A stretch of DNA of 64,000 bases from Catajapyx aquilonaris (lineage: Eukaryota). Positions 44,021-57,548 of this stretch are shown piece after piece (the first letter of the stretch is position 1; each line of letters begins with the position of its first letter). Position numbers and translations under genes: made by a program. The notes under the pieces were generated by a model. The model was not told the DNA's origin. It made no database searches and was given only the letters and a program-made list of their open reading frames with translations. The stretch spans positions 62,001-126,000 of the forward strand of contig KZ538051.1 in NCBI GenBank assembly GCA_000934665.2. Reading direction: 5' to 3'.

Positions 44021-45510
44021 TCTAATACTCATTTGAATCCCTTGCAGTCACAGAAATAAGAAAAGAACATTAATTATTAATTTTTTGCATGCTGATTGTG
44101 TAATAATAATAATATCTCTCATAAATGATTCCATGCAATATGAGATCCTTCTGACCTTTGAGCCCCATGATGCAGTTTAACCCTCACCAGACGCGATCCG
44201 TCATACCTTTATCACATCATGCGATAAGGTCGCGCGCAACAAAATCGTCATTTTTTTATTATTATTCAAGGGGATATCCTGCGCGACCTCGAGTGAGACT
44301 TTGACCTATCGTAAGACCCCCAATAATTGTTTTACGTACATAGTAACACAGCTCACTTGGCAGAGTCAATTGGAAGTGCAAAGTCCACGTGTCCATCATC
44401 CACCGGATGATATAATCGCGTGTGAAGAGAGCGTTTCGAGAAATGCAACAGGCCACTGAAGATGTAATGTTGCACCAGAACATATGGGGGACAAATCACT
44501 TCATGGGGACGACTCAGGAGACTTTGAGCTTTTGTGTGCCAATATTCGCATGTAGTAATATGCTCATGCGACAGGAGGCTTACATCATGTGTGCAGAACG
44601 TGCTGACCTGCATGAGCAAAACGTATGATCTCGTGCAAAGTTCTGTATAATGATGAGGTGATGTGACCGAGGCGCAAGCCTTGTATACAGTATACAGTAC
44701 ATTTAATTATTCAGAGATTACCTGCACACAGTGGGTTCATATACCAAAAATAATATCAGATCGTTAAATGACATTTATGGTTTTTGGTATAGGGTACGAT
44801 ATAAACACATTATGAATTTCTTTCATGTTTCAAGACATACAGATGATACAATGCTCTTAAAGTAAGAGGAGAATATATTTTGCTTGGGCTCAAACATGCC
44901 TGCATGACAACATTGGGGAAACGTCAATAATCAATCAATCAATTAATCGATATAAACTTGATCCTGCCTCGCGGGAGATATTACTTTGCTGAAGGCTATA
45001 GACATAATGTTGGAATCGAGGTTGCTTGCAATATGTAGACTGCGTCTAAAATGATATTAAAAATAACGATAGGCTATAACATTAAAGGGCTAAAATTATT
45101 TGAATAATCACTAATGTTATTAAAACAATAATGACTTTTTTGAAAGTCGGATATATCCACAGGAAGAAAGTAGTCTACTACCCAATTATTAATAGTAAAA
45201 TATCTCAAACAATAATAGAATAATAATTAATAATCAATTACTTAGTTATTAGGCCTACTTACTCGTTATTAATATTATTAATATTATTAATATAGTATAT
45301 ATTATATTATTAGATTGTTTTAAATATTTTACCATTAAAACTATTGATTAATATTATTATCATTAGTTATTAGTCACTATTAATTATTTTAACGCTTATA
45401 ATAATATTATAGTATTTATTATAATTATTAAATAATCAATAATAACTAACAATTACTAATTATTAATAAAAACCTATCATATTAATGGCAAAATACAAGT
45501 ATTTAAAACG

Positions 45511-45511
<1 letters not shown>

Positions 45512-45577
<66 letters not shown>
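45512..45577. repeat. (AAT)n microsatellite
   Basis: About 22 uninterrupted AAT units. Confidence 0.95.
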
Positions 45578-45578
<1 letters not shown>

Positions 45579-46315
45579 CAATCTATTTTATTGGCATTGA
45601 AGAGATTACCCACATATTATCTTGCGGGAATGGCCTGCCTACATAGCAGCCGATATCAATTAATTAAGCTCATGCATGGCCCGATTTCACTTGCATGTGA
45701 GCGTGTGAGTATGAATGTTGTTATATATTTATACACGATTTTCACCGAGGAAAAGAGCCTTTCACCAAGCTGTCACTACCCTACTGACACAGATGAAGGC
45801 TGTTGAGACGATGGCAAGATGATGGTTCACGCTCGATAACTCCTGATGCGAAGGTATTTGTCAGCTGGTGCCGATGGGATCCGCTCGATCTCGGCTATTG
45901 CACTGAGCAAGTGCTGTGGCCATGACGCTCTAAGTAGGCTGCGGCATAATACTGCTGACACTGATGTGTACGCGAGATGTTAAAACTTTCTAATTCAGAC
46001 TCACTCATTGTCAGTATAGTCGGTTGCAAAGTTATAACAACACTATAATATACACAGTGGAACACCCTATAATAATCTAATGCAATATTATGTAGCCTAA
46101 TAAAAACTAACCATTGTTGACGCGATGGAAACAGGCTGCACCATGAAAACCACAAACATGGACAAACAAACTGGCAAACCAAGGCAAACGAACTAGCGAA
46201 CCTGGCTAAAACAAGTAAACAGCCAACCAATCCTGCGGACAAACAAGTTCCAACCAAATCGGACAAACAAGCTAGCAAACCTGGCAAACGAACAAACTTT
46301 GTATTATAGTACCTA

Positions 46316-47560
46316 TAATAATATTATTGCAAAATTATTATAATTATAATATTATTACAAAATTATAATTATAATATTATTACAAAATTATAATTATAAT
46401 ATTATTACAAAATTATAGTAATATTATTATTACAAAATTATAGTAATATTATTATTACAAAATTATAGTAATATTATTATTACATAATAATATTATTACA
46501 CAATTATAGTACCGGTAATATTACAGAACAATAGTAATATTACAAAATTATTAATACAAATTTATAATGATAATATTATTACAAAATTATTAATACAAAT
46601 TTATAATGATAATATTATTACAAAATTATTAATACAAATTTATAATGATAATATTATTACAAAATTATTAATACAAATTTATAATGATAATATTATTACA
46701 AAATTATTATTATTATTAATGCAAACTTACTTATAATAATGCAAACTTATAATAACTTACAATAACTTAATAACCTATAATAATAACAACTTACAAAATT
46801 ATTAATACAAATTTATAATGATAATATTATTACAAAATTATTATTATTATTATTAATGCAAACTTACTTATAATAATGCAAACTTATAATAACTTACAAT
46901 AACTTAATAACCTATAATAATAACTTATCCATCATCATCATCATCATCACCATCATCACGACATTTCCCCATAAGGGGTAGTCAGCGATGACTTAATAAC
47001 TAATAACTAAATAATACCTTAATAACTAATAACTAAATAATACCTTAATAACTAATAACTAAATAATACCTTAATAACTAATAACTAAATAATACCTTAA
47101 TAACTAAAAACTAAATAATACCTTAATAACTAATAACTAAATAATACCTTAATAACTAAAAACTAAATAATACCTTAATAACTAATAACTAAATAATACC
47201 TTAATAACTAATAACTAAATAATACCTTAATAACTAAAAACTAAATAATACCTTAATAACTAATAACTAAATAATACCTTAATAACTGAGTGGCTGAGAA
47301 GCGAAGTGGTTCATGTCGATAACGATAGTTTCGAGATAAACGCATGCAAAGTTCTAGGCTGAGAAGCAATATTGTTTCTCAGCCACTCAACTAATAACTT
47401 AATAATACCGTACCTTAATAACTAATAACTTAATAATACCGTACCTTAATAACTAATAACTTAATAATACCTTCATAACTAATAACTAATAGCCTATAAT
47501 AATACCTTAATAACTAATAACTTAATAGCCTATAATAATAACTTAATAACTTATAATAAT
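46316..47560. repeat. Compound AT-rich minisatellite, including a 26-bp unit TAATAACTAATAACTAAATAATACCT
   Basis: Several tandem unit types. The 26-bp unit repeats ~11x at 46993-47287. The tract is interrupted by a retroposon tail and a small MITE. Confidence 0.9.
47288..47388. mobile_element. 101-bp Sola-like MITE (GAG...CTC termini, 4-bp TSD AACT)
   Basis: AACT-GAGTGGCTGAGAAG...TTTCTCAGCCACTC-AACT, inserted in the minisatellite. Confidence 0.75.
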
Positions 47561-47982
47561 GCAAACTGGTCATCACTGCTGGCTACCCCTGAATGGGATT
47601 AAGGCCGTGACGAATATAGTATGACAGTATAGCAAACTTACAAAGTATCTTATAATAATGCAAACTTACAAAGTATCTTATAATAATAGACATGTGTATA
47701 CACATCTCTAAAGTATTATTATAAAATACAAAGTAAGTTTGTTCGTTATTAGTCCAGGTTTGCCAGCGTGTTTTGTGAGGATTTTGTTGGTTTGTCGGTC
47801 CATGCAGTTTATTGTTAGTTAGTTTGGCCAGGTTTCCTAGCTAGTGTGTCAGATTTGGTATGGGTTGGTTATTCGGCAAAATATTGTACACGCTCTTGAA
47901 GCATGACATGCGTCCAAAGCGTGTATACAATTAATTGCAAAGAATCTCACGCGCAAATTTCCGCGGGCGGCAGTGTGTCACA

Positions 47983-48300
47983 CACGTGGTCTCAATCCGG
48001 CCAATGAGCCATCCGGATCCATCGTAGCTGTCCAATCATGGCCCTGCCCGCATGCGCACTGATCCAGCCGTTTACACCTCCCTGGGTGTCCAATGAGGCT
48101 GCTTTCCCTGTCCTTCTGAGCCAATAGGAGAGCAGCACCGGCGAGTGTAAAACCCCCGCCAGAGTCCGCCGCCTTCGCCTTGAAACCGGGCGAGCAAGGA
48201 AGCCTCATCGATTGCCGGCAAAATTATACCCAGTCGACCGGGGGGCCGCCCTGCACCAGCCCCGCCCCGGCCCACACCACACCATATATATATAATAAGG
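47983..48300 (+). promoter_or_regulatory. GC-rich proximal promoter of elongase B (E-box, four CCAAT boxes, GC boxes, TATA)
   Basis: CACGTG 47983; CCAAT at 48001, 48032, 48090 and 48121; CCCCGCCC ~48260; TATATATATAA ~48285-48295; ATG at 48352. Confidence 0.75.
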
Positions 48301-48351
48301 CAAGAGGCGGGCAGGCAGGTCCAGTCGACAGCCGGCAGTAGCACACAAGCC

Positions 48352-51300
48352 ATGGAGGTGGTGAGCGTGCCCAACTACTCGTACGTGTTCCGGTTCGAGG
48401 AGGAGTTCGAGTTCAGGGACAAGCAGGAGTGGATGGAGAGGAACTGGACCACATGCTTCTACTACATCGGGGTCTACATGGTGCTGGTCTTCGGGGGACA
48501 GCACTTCATGGCCTCCAGACCCGCCTACAAGCTCAGGGGCGTCCTCGTGCTCTGGAACTTCCTTCTGGCCACCTTCAGTCTCATGGGGACATGCCGCACC
48601 CTCCCAGAGATGCTCCACACCCTCTGGAACTACGGCTTCTACCACTCAGTCTGTCTCCGCAGGTAAGACCCACCAATTGAAACTGTACATGTGCAATCCA
48701 CACACACCCCGGATCATTCACAATCTCTGTCATTATAAAAGGCACAGTTTGTTCGTTTGTTCGAACGGATTTGGTTGGTCCTGGTTTGCTCGCTTGTTTG
48801 GTAAGCTGGTACAATCGACAGAAGCATGTCATTGCAATGAGCATCATTCACATGCTCCGTTATAAAAGGCAAAGTCAGTTTGCATGTTGGTTCGTCCAGG
48901 AATTGGTTGGTGGTTTGTCCAGGTTTTCATTTTTTTTTTCTTCCTTTTAACGTACGGGTTTGGCTTCCAATTTGTAAGCCAGTACAAATCGACAGAAGCA
49001 TGTCATTGCAATGAGGATCATTCAAAATTCTGCTGACAATTATTTAAAAACAAAAAAAATAAAATAAAAGGCAAAGTTTGTTCGTCTGGATTTGGTTGGT
49101 TGTTTTTTCCAGGTTTGCTTGCTTGCTTGTTTGCCCAGGTTTTTGCTTTCCAATTTGTAAGCTGGCGCAATCGCATGTGTCATTGCAATGAGGATCATTC
49201 ACATGCTCCGTTATAAAAGGCAAAGTCAGTTTGCATGTTGGTTCGTCCAGGAATTGGTTGGTGGTTTGTCCAGGTTTTCATTTTTGTTTTCTTTTAATGT
49301 ACGGGTTTGGCTTCCAATTTGTAAGCCAGTACAAATCGACAGAAGCATGTCATTGCATCAGGATCATTCACAAATCTCAAGTATTATAAATGGCAAGGTT
49401 TGTTCCTTTGTTTGTCCAGGCATGGCAACCCGCTGGTACGGTATCAACTGCAACTGATTGTTGTTCTGACACTGCCATGGAAATAGGGCGTGCAAAGAAT
49501 GCTGCTTAGTTATTAACGTAACAGCGACATTTTCGTGGCAAAGTATTGTTACAAGACAGGTTTTGTTTTGCGACATGAATGAAACTTGAGTACGTACACT
49601 TGCTGTGCCGGTTAATTCAATTACATGCGCGTAAGAACCTGTTTGGCCACCATGTGGGACATAGACCACACCTCTGATCTTGCGGCTGTCGTGAGTCAGT
49701 CTGGGAAATCCGGCTGTTTTTTCTGATAAAACTGCATTTTCTCGCAGCATCAACGGGGTTTATGGCGGCTCAAATATTCGTAAGGTCACCTTTGGGGTAT
49801 GCGCTACCTGAGAAGCTGGTAAAATATGCATTAGCGAGTGTGCAATATGACTGTTACAATAGGCTTTCATAACTAATATAGTACAGGATGCCAATCAAAT
49901 CAGTAGACAGATGGCAGAACATCTGTAAGACACCGATTATGTATTTTATTGCTATATGTGGCTCTATCCAGGAACTGGAGGAAGTTCACAAGTGCAGCCA
50001 GTAATTTGTGTGATTGTTAAGTTATTGGCAGCAATTATGGAGGATGTTTACAACATCAACCTGTAACATGTAACATTCAACCGATGTACGTTTGATGAGC
50101 AGTTGGTAACCTCCCGTCTTTGAGAACATGATCTAGATCGCATCATTGTGAACGTTACAATTCATTTTTTTTGTCATCTGGTGCTTCGAATGCCAACAGG
50201 ATGTAATTTACTCTGTCACAATCTCACACTTCACCGTCAATTTTGAGAAAATAATAACAAAAATTGCGTCTCATTTTACGATATAATCATGACATGTTGC
50301 TGCATCTGTCTAAATTGCAATGGCAATACATTTCATCACTCTTACATAATATGTACTGAACATAGCATTTCGCAATAATTATTAGTCCAGTGTGAGTACA
50401 CCGCATAAATTACAGGGCCATATAACTTTGTGTGGGCTTGGATACGAACAGCTTGCTTAATTACGTATGATAAGAAAAGCTATTCTGCTAATAACGTTAC
50501 TGCCTGACTTGATATTGAGCGTAACGCTTTGAAACTTTATATAATGGCTTTTTTAATATATACATAAAAAGTCAAGGTCATTCAGGAGAAACTTCTGATT
50601 CTCACCTGACGCAATGAAATAATTTTGTGGGAAACTCCATGGAAATCCCCCAACAAGTTTAACTCGTTTTTTTTTAAAGCTTCAGTATACAGTAACCTTC
50701 ACACAATGTCTCAACAATATAAGAAATTGCACAAACTTTTCCATCTCATGCATTCATTTCAAGTACTCTTGACGTCCAGAGCGTGGAAAAATCCTCATAC
50801 ACACAGTAGTTCGGATTGTGCAAAGAGTGTGTGGCACCACTTGTGACACACCCATCACCTCATGTCTCATCCTATATCACCCCACTGCCAAAGAGGGGGG
50901 GGGGGATGGGGAAAAAAAGGATTATAGAGCTTGTAATATGAACCACATGCCATAAATAAATTTCTAGGTCACCCCACCCCCAACATCACCCCATCAACCC
51001 TCAGGAAAGCTGATCAATAAGTCGTTTTAAGTGTGTTATCGACTTTTTTTTTTTTTTTTGGGCAAGTCTGTCTGACTTCTGCCTCAATCCATTATGCATA
51101 GTCTCTTCGGGATATTGCCGGCAGTAATGCAAAGGTGTGCTTACACGCAACAAATACTTTGTACGTGCGGAGTGACACATTAGAGCTCTCATTACTTGAA
51201 GAATTATGTACTGTAATAATACTAATCAGTACATCATATTATAGCATTGAGTCTGTAACTGTGATGACTCGCTGCAGACATATATGTCTGCAGTGAGTCA

Positions 51301-53868
51301 TCATGTGTCATCCGTGTAAGAGAGATGGTACTACGTTTACAGTCTGGGGGGGTGGGAGCAATGGTGCCAAATTTTGGCTTATAAGTTGTCATAATTTTTT
51401 TTCTGCACAAATCCGCATTGAATTAAAATCGTTCATAAATTCAAATTGTTAAATGTTGAATTACCTAAATGTGATTAAGTACGACTGGTAAACTTAATGA
51501 ACATGTGTGCACACATTTGAATCGTAAATAGCGTAGGGTCTGTGCCTCTGTCCGCGGTGAGTCATCGTGTGGAGATAGTGCGCCATCTAAGCGAGGGATT
51601 TGGTACTACGTTCACTATCCAGGGAGGCCGGGCAGTGTTGCCATGTTTTAACCCCATAAGTTGCAAAAAAATATGCACAAATATGGATTGTCCTAAAATC
51701 ATTATCCAAATTATGTTATTTCCATTATTTGCATGATTAAAAATGACGTATGACACATTTTCGTGTAATATTCATAAATCCAGCTAGGCACGTGTCGTGT
51801 ATGTAACGAAAATTTTTGCGAAACGTACTGCGAATTGCTCCAGACTCCCCTCCCCCGAAAAAAAATATTCCATAATTGGCAAGCTTCCGTTGTAGACATT
51901 ATGTAATGGAAAATGTCCGACATGTAATTTATCCGCGGTAATTTACAAAATTGATCGATTACGGACTTTGTCCTCGAGTTTGACCGCAAAAATTATGACG
52001 TCATATAGCATGACATCCTCATTAAGCGATTACCGCGTGGGCGGATGTGCTGGGGGGGGGGGAATTCGCAATAATTTCATTTTTGCAAAGTTGCTCAGAC
52101 CAACTCAGACTTTGGTCTCAATCTTATGTGGAAATGTGTGTGTGTAACAAGTCGATTGAAATTTTTATGTGAGTGTAAAAGGTCGATATATTGCCAATTA
52201 GGTAGGTCACGAAAATTTCGCCAAAAAAAAATATGCGAGGAATGCTTTGATTGGTAATTCTCACCCCCGTCTCCACCTGATGAAAACAAGTGTTTTCACA
52301 ATAATGTTGTGCCAGGGTTTGGAAGAAGAAAAAAAAACTTTTTTGGGGGGGAGACTTTCTTTGAGGCTATCCTTGAACCTGTTTCTAAGCCTGGACTATT
52401 ATAATGGTAAATGGTACTTTCACCAGTTGATGTGGTTGCCTAACATCATACTTGGAGCGCTCTTAAGGGAGAGAAAATAATAATAAACGGTCAGGTGATC
52501 GGTGAGGAGAATGGTGAAATTTGGCAATGTGTCCCCGATTCAGATTCTTGGAGATAGTTCATCTCCAGTCGTTGCCACATTGCGTGTTGTGAAAATGGTA
52601 ATTTGCATGTGTGGCACCGGGCTGCTGGTTTATTATTATAATGCAAGTGTTTATGTATCCGCTTTGCTATTTACATAGCCACGGATAATACGGAAGTACG
52701 TAACCGTGACATTTACATTTGTTTGTTCAGTTATCAATCAATGGTAATTGCACTGCTCTGTACAGTGCGGTTAGTGTTGTTTAGCAAGCCGCAGTCAGGG
52801 ATTAACATCAGGTTCAAATGATCCGAGCTCAGATGAGGAGTTGATTAATAACTTTGAGGAACTTGCGGTAGACAAAAAAATAAAACTTATCTCCAATTGA
52901 CGCTAGTACTTGTATTGAGCACTACGCATGATAGTGGCAGATTAGATAGGGCATATTAGTTCAATTTGTCATGCATATCCGGGAAACAGCACACGTATTG
53001 CAGAAATGTTTACAAAGTGCACGTGGTTTTTCTCTTGTTCACGTGTACAGTGAGAGCCACTGGTTAATTTCTTTACTTCGGACAAGTTGAATGGTGTTAT
53101 GCAATGTCAACCCACAAAAATGTCAAAATTGGCAGGAACATATACCCGAAGGATTCATTCAGTTAAAATCAATCTGGCAGATTATGCGTACTTCTGCCAT
53201 AAATGACCAAAAAGAATTTCATCGGTTTCAAAGCCCTTTTGCTCAAAACTGTTCTCGTGTGGGTCGACTCATTATTAGATAACACTGACCATTTGTGCAC
53301 ACATCTTGTGAGAAAAATGTTGGAGTTTACTGATTTTTTCTCCCCCTTCCACAGCTATGCCGATACGAACCGTGTGAGCAGCTTCTGGACCTGGGTGTTC
53401 GTCTTGTCAAAAGTCCCTGAACTGGGTGACACCGTGTTCATCGTCCTGCGCAAGCAACCACTGATATTCCTGCATTGGTACCACCATGCGTCTGTCCTGC
53501 TCTACACTTGGTACTCGTATGCTGAGTTCATAGCACCTGCACGCTGGTTCGTGGTCATGAACTACATCGTACACTCCTCCATGTACACGTATTACGGGTT
53601 GAAAGCCCTGAGGTACCGCCTGCCAAAATTCATCGCAATGGCCATTACAACGATGCAAATCAGCCAAATGGTGGTTGGAGTTTATGTCAACATTTGGGCT
53701 TACCAGGTGAAGCAAGTGGGCCAGGAGTGCTTGGTCAGCGATCACAACATCAACATGTCGCTGCTAATGTACTTCTCGTACTTCCTTTTGTTTGCGCACT
53801 TCTTCTACCGGGCCTACTTCCAGGGAACTGCTGGAAAGAAGTGCGGTCATCACGTCAAGGCTCAATAA
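48352..53868 (+). CDS. ELOVL6: Very-long-chain fatty-acid elongase, ELOVL6/baldspot type, paralog B (274 aa)
   Basis: Exon 1 48352-48662 (AG|gtaaga), a 4,692-bp phase-2 intron, exon 2 53355-53868 (ccacag|C). Motifs PNYSYVFRFEEEF, LWNFLLATFS, FVLSKVPELGDTVFIVLRKQPLIFLHWYHH, MNYIVHSSMYTYY, ITTMQISQM. Confidence 0.95.
48720..49430 (+). repeat. Tandemly amplified Helitron-like repeat with a near-identical ~190-bp direct duplication
   Basis: 48827-49020 is nearly identical to 49179-49370. Units begin TTATAAAAGGCAAAGT...TTTGTTTG...TCCAGG. Related segments lie at ~4620-4830, 11320-11430, 21100-21165 (-), 46140-46310 (-), 47715-47880 and 56545-56935. Confidence 0.65.
50854..50994 (+). promoter_or_regulatory. 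Intronic cluster of four SREBP-binding (SRE-1-like) elements
   Basis: ATCACCTCAT 50854-50863, ATCACCCCAC 50876-50885 (exact SRE-1), GTCACCCCAC 50968-50977, ATCACCCCAT 50985-50994. Confidence 0.6.
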
Positions 53869-56800
53869 GTCAAAAGTGTTCCCATGTCTCTTAAAGAGTG
53901 TATGTTAGTCCCACCTTGTTCCGTGCTCTTTTTTGCCTGGCGCAAAAAAAACGTATCGGATTGAGGTTCAGTATCGACCTGCCAGTACTTGGAAATTTCT
54001 GTATAGCTGGGCTTGCTAAATGCAGATGCGTTAAAAATGAGGTCGTGTTCTCTGCAGGCGGGGATCTCAATACATTCCATAGATCATACAGCTGTCCTTG
54101 CCACGCACAGAAATTAAAAAGTACTGAAATAATGTCATCTGTCCAATTTACCATACAACATTTCTTGTTCCGAGCCTGCTAAGCTAGACCAAGAAATGTT
54201 GCAAAGACATTCCCTTTGTACTGCAACAATCACTAAGGTGTACAATGGTATGTGGACTCACTGTCTACTTGGCATCGGACACTTGTGGGGTGGTCAAGAC
54301 TGTTATACAAACCTCATGTTGCGGTTTATACATCAGTACTTGTAGCGTATGTTTCAGGGTGAGGCAAAATTGCTTGATGTTTTCAAGTACCTATCGCTAC
54401 TTGTTGTCAACTTAAAAATCATGTAAACACTGTGAATTCTCATACAGTAAGAATCGGCACTCAAATGCTTTATTACCAAGCAGTTATGGCTCGCCGCAAA
54501 ATGTGCAAATAAGCTGTTATTTTCTGCAGGCAATAGAATAATAACAGGTGACAGGGTTTGTCAATAATTAAGTTTTCGCATAGAAATTTTCAAAATTAAT
54601 TAAGATTTAAATAAGCAGCACACCTCGGACACTATGTACGAATCCTGCATGTTAATTGATCTGCATGAGCAACATTAATCCTTATCAAACTATTGCTAGT
54701 TAACGCACAATTAGAAGTACGTACCACAGATGTAATATTATTGCGTAGATTTTAATTTGCAAGATTCAAAGCCTGAAGAAAAGTAACAATTTATTACACA
54801 TTATTTGAGCTGGGTATGTTGCAGCTAACCCAGTGAGTAATTTGCTAATTATGTAGGCGTAATTGTGTCCCATTTTCACTATCGAGAGAGGCAATTTTTT
54901 GTTTTGTTTTGTAAAAAAAAATATCTGCATGAAGTATACCTGATTTTGAAAATGAAAAGAAAAAAAAGGACAATTGTTGTGAGATAATCGGTTGCGATTA
55001 AACCCAGCATTACCGTTAGGGGGAAATAACACGAGGGCTGTCATTAAACCCCTTAAAAAAAGTGTGTGCTTGTCAACAGATGAAAAAAAAAAGAAAAATT
55101 GTAACTACTTCTGTCGGATAATGTGAGTGAATCCCGTCATTTCCATATAAAGACCTAAGTACGTGCAACAGTGCACATAAGTGCATCAGTTATGATGCTT
55201 CTAAGTAAAAAAAAATGCTTTCAAAGTCATATTGTTCCTGAGCTCTTCTCCAAACGCTTCCCAAACTTATTGCTTTCTCCATATTGCATAATATGCTTAA
55301 CCAAAAAAAATAAAATCTCTAGGGTCATTCCGAACGACTCGAATTGTCTTGAGAGTCAGCATTTTTTTTTCCCCCGGAGTCTTATTCCATGTGAGGCAAT
55401 TTGCGATTGCCGTTAGTCTGCTTCGTATGATTTTCTCTGAGAACATTGTGTAACAATGCAGGCTCCTGTTACTGTATTTTACATTCCTCATGTTTTGTTT
55501 CATTCCTAATCATGAAAGCATTTTGTCTCTTTACTCTCTATTGGAAGATGCCATTTTTTTTTGCTCTTCTGTTTGTAAGCTGTGATCTTTACTTTTTTCT
55601 GAAGAATAAATATTTTATTCTTTTTTTTATTTTGTTAATACGACTAGTCACTTTTTTTTTGTTTGTTTGTTGGCCTTACTTCACCCGCCTCCTCAGGCGA
55701 GTAATTTACTTGTACATTTGTTAACATTGTCGAAAGGGGGTTTCTGCTTCAAGGAGATCTCCAAAAGACGTGTAGGTACTAAGTACCTTGAGAGGCAGTT
55801 CGGGTGTTCTGTATATTTGTTAGGATGGAGCTGTATGTGGTGTGTGTTTGTATGCCTTTTTTTTTGTCTTGTATGTGATTTCTTTCGTACTCAGTGATTA
55901 TGTAGTTCATAATTATTAAAACCCTTAACAACAGTGGGGTCAGGACCATCTCTCGAATAATTTAAAAAAAATTCAGCTTGAAACCTGCGCAATGATGGCC
56001 TAAGTTGTAACCCGGCTCACGACAATGGTGCTACTTTGGTCGTTGATAATAATCGATACAAGTGGTGTCTTTTTATGCAAATTCGTGTCGGTCCCGTCAA
56101 TTACATGGATTCCTGTTTTAAAAATATTTTTCCCGCTTTTCATTTACGCCATCCTCCCCCCACTATGTATTCAACGGAATCAAGAAGACTGCGAGTGGGA
56201 TGAATGAACCGAGAGCCAGACAATTTACATAACCGAGATGCCAGCGAAAAGGATGTTGCATCATCGCAGTCCATTTACCTTCCCCACTTCATTCAGCCTT
56301 GCTTGGCACGCCTGTGTTGTCAACGGACACAAGGTCATAGCAGGGATATCCCAACCTCTCTGGCAGTCTCTCAATGATGGGCTTGTCCGGCAGTGACTGT
56401 ACGCTTCTTTCTACAATTAGCATGCATTTTACTAGCGCTAAATAGCGTGCCCTTATACGCTTCTTGCTACAATCACCATCTTTTTGACTAGCGCTAAATA
56501 GCAATCAAGGTTTGTCCTGCTATTATTGAAAGCCTGTTCGCATTGACATCAATCTTATACACAAGGAAAAGTTTGTTTGTATGTTCATGGCTTCCATATA
56601 ATATAGCTATGGGCTGCCAATGACCGTTGATTACAACAGCCTCAACAAGAAGCAATGATTGATTGCGGTCGATTACCATGGAAACAGGCGACGCTAAGAA
56701 TGAAGTTTGTTTGCTTGTTTGTCCATTGGCAACGGCGGGTACCATATGCCATCAAAAAAACCAATTGTTGTTGATTACAGGCCTGATTACATTGCTTTGG

Positions 56801-57548
56801 AAACCTCGTTGGAAACAGGTCGTGCAAAAGAACTGGCTCTGCTGCTAGTAGTTTCCATGGTAACCCCGCTGCCATGGTGTAGCCAGTTGCCATGCGCAAA
56901 CGAACAAACAAACAAACAAACAAACCTTTATTGAGTTAAAATTAATTTTAAAAAAATTCTGCGCATTGTATGATCACCAGTTGGTTAATATAAACCAAGC
57001 CGTGAAATTGCCATTGGTAGCCCATTGCCATTGGTAGCATGTTGCCATGCGCAAACAAACAAACAAACAAACAAACCTTTGAGTTAAAATAATTATTTTT
57101 TCTGCTCGTTGTTATGATCATGATCACCAGTTTGTTGGTGAATAAACCAAGGAGTGATTCAAGTCATACTGAAAAGTGTGAGTGTTTCTTTACCTGAGAT
57201 GACCTGGCTTGCAGAAAGGTCAGGTCAAAGTTGAATAAGCGACAGGTGTCCCATACCAAAGAGCTGTCCCATACTTTTCAGAATCGCGGCGGTGACTTTT
57301 GGCGGGGAAAAAAATGTAGGTCAACGGTAGTGACGTCATAATAATTACAACCATGTTAGGCCAACTACTTAATTATATTTTAATTTTTTACTACGTAATT
57401 AACCCTTACTGATTATATTTAAAAATTTTGGCGCCAAATCCGACTTAACTGTAAAAAAGTAGGCTCGCTGACTATAGCACAAGGAGATTGAGGGAAGCTA
57501 GAGTGCGAGTCTACACAGCAAGCAAGCAGCAGCAATTTTTTTTCCAAG

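Noticed and set aside
53203..53354. N-terminal part of the 221-aa ORF
   Set aside because: This is intron read-through. The true exon starts after the polypyrimidine tract and CAG at 53355.
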